Shown piece by piece: positions 7,105 to 7,225 of a stretch of 7,225 nt of DNA (positions are counted from its first letter, which is position 1; each line of letters opens with the position of its first letter). The notes beneath the pieces were generated by a model that was not told where the DNA came from, did not search any database, and worked only from the letters and a program-made list of their open reading frames with translations. Source of the DNA: Naegleria gruberi (Eukaryota); NCBI GenBank assembly GCA_000004985.1, contig GG739152.1. One strand, given 5' to 3'. A program made the position numbers and the translations under genes.

Positions 7105-7175
7105 TTATTGTGTTTTTTATTGTGTTTTTTTTGATTCGAATTTTCAGTCGAAAGCCAGTTTTTAGACGAAAAAAA
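7105..7175. promoter_or_regulatory. 71-bp head-to-head intergenic region between the start codons of gene C (minus) and gene D (plus). Presumed compact bidirectional promoter and leader region.
   Basis: The minus-strand ATG is at 7104..7102 and the plus-strand ATG at 7176-7178. The interval is T-rich on the plus strand and A-rich on the minus strand, and it contains the tandem 12-mer listed separately. Confidence 0.35.
7107..7132. repeat. Perfect tandem direct repeat ATTGTGTTTTTT x2. The second copy runs into a T8 tract.
   Basis: Read directly: 7107-7118 attgtgtttttt and 7119-7130 attgtgtttttt, followed by tt at 7131-7132. On the minus strand it reads AAAAAACACAAT x2, immediately upstream of the gene C ATG. 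Confidence 0.8.
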
Positions 7176-7225
7176 ATGTCTTTACAAAATAACAAGGAAC
7201 AAGGTATCTATTTGAAAGACGCTGG
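7176..7225 (+). CDS. Gene D: 5' end of a plus-strand CDS. 16 codons are visible before it runs off the right window edge. Product unknown.
   Basis: ATG at 7176-7178 after an A6 run (gacgaaaaaaATGtct). It reads MSLQNNKEQGIYLKDAG with no stop before the window ends. It shares the ATGTCT start with gene B. Support is only start context and an open frame over 50 nt. Confidence 0.35.
   Translation, partial: MSLQNNKEQGIYLKDA

Noticed and set aside
7141-7147. Plus-strand TTTTCAG just upstream of the gene D ATG as a 3' splice site.
   Set aside because: There is no plus-strand donor or upstream exon. The preceding sequence is the gene C first exon and intron on the other strand. It is more simply part of the T-rich promoter/leader region.
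7204-7209. GTATCT after codon 9 of gene D as a 5' splice site, which would give gene D a short first exon like gene C.
   Set aside because: It lacks G at intron position +5, which is otherwise invariant in the four donors seen here. Too little downstream sequence remains to find an acceptor.
1-7225. Prokaryotic features (operons, RBS, CRISPR arrays, rho-independent terminators, IS elements).
   Set aside because: None seen. The readable sequence carries spliceosomal-intron signals, TATA/A-rich ATG contexts and divergent monocistronic genes, so a eukaryotic reading fits far better.

Overview
Only 1,883 of the 7,225 bases are readable. Positions 879-6220 (5,342 nt, 74% of the window) are one uninterrupted run of N, so any system sitting in the middle of this window cannot be assessed. 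The four 1,800-aa ORFs in the supplied track are artefacts of translating N as X.

The readable flanks (1-878 and 6221-7225) are AT-rich and look eukaryotic, not prokaryotic. They show short spliceosomal introns with perfect GTAAGT donors and TAG/CAG acceptors, A-rich contexts before each ATG, a TATA box, and genes on both strands. There are no rRNA, tRNA, CRISPR or operon-like signals.

I infer four protein-coding genes arranged as two head-to-head pairs.
- Gene A is on the minus strand with its ATG at 475 and runs off the left edge. It is absent from the ORF track and looks like a signal-anchor, N-glycosylated type-II membrane protein.
- Gene B is on the plus strand with its ATG at 838 and a TATA box about 95 bp upstream. 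It runs into the N block after 13 codons.
- Gene C is on the minus strand. It is intron-rich, with a 7-nt first exon at 7104..7098 and further exons at 6931..6862, 6819..6642 and 6586..6221, continuing into the N block. The visible product has a C-x4-C-x14-C-x2-C motif, a lysine-rich stretch resembling a nuclear localisation signal (NLS) and an S/T/P-rich tail.
- Gene D is on the plus strand with its ATG at 7176 and runs off the right edge.

Genes B and C converge on the masked block, so their 3' parts lie inside it.

Other points of note:
- A candidate 20-nt cassette micro-exon sits in gene C intron 1. It is paired with a tandem GTAAGTAAGC donor that would restore the reading frame.
- The gap between the start codons of C and D is only 71 bp and contains a perfect tandem 12-mer.

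The organism cannot be named. Fungal-type (fission-yeast-like) or nematode-like compact eukaryote are both compatible. All calls are from reading the sequence by eye, and no database search was possible.
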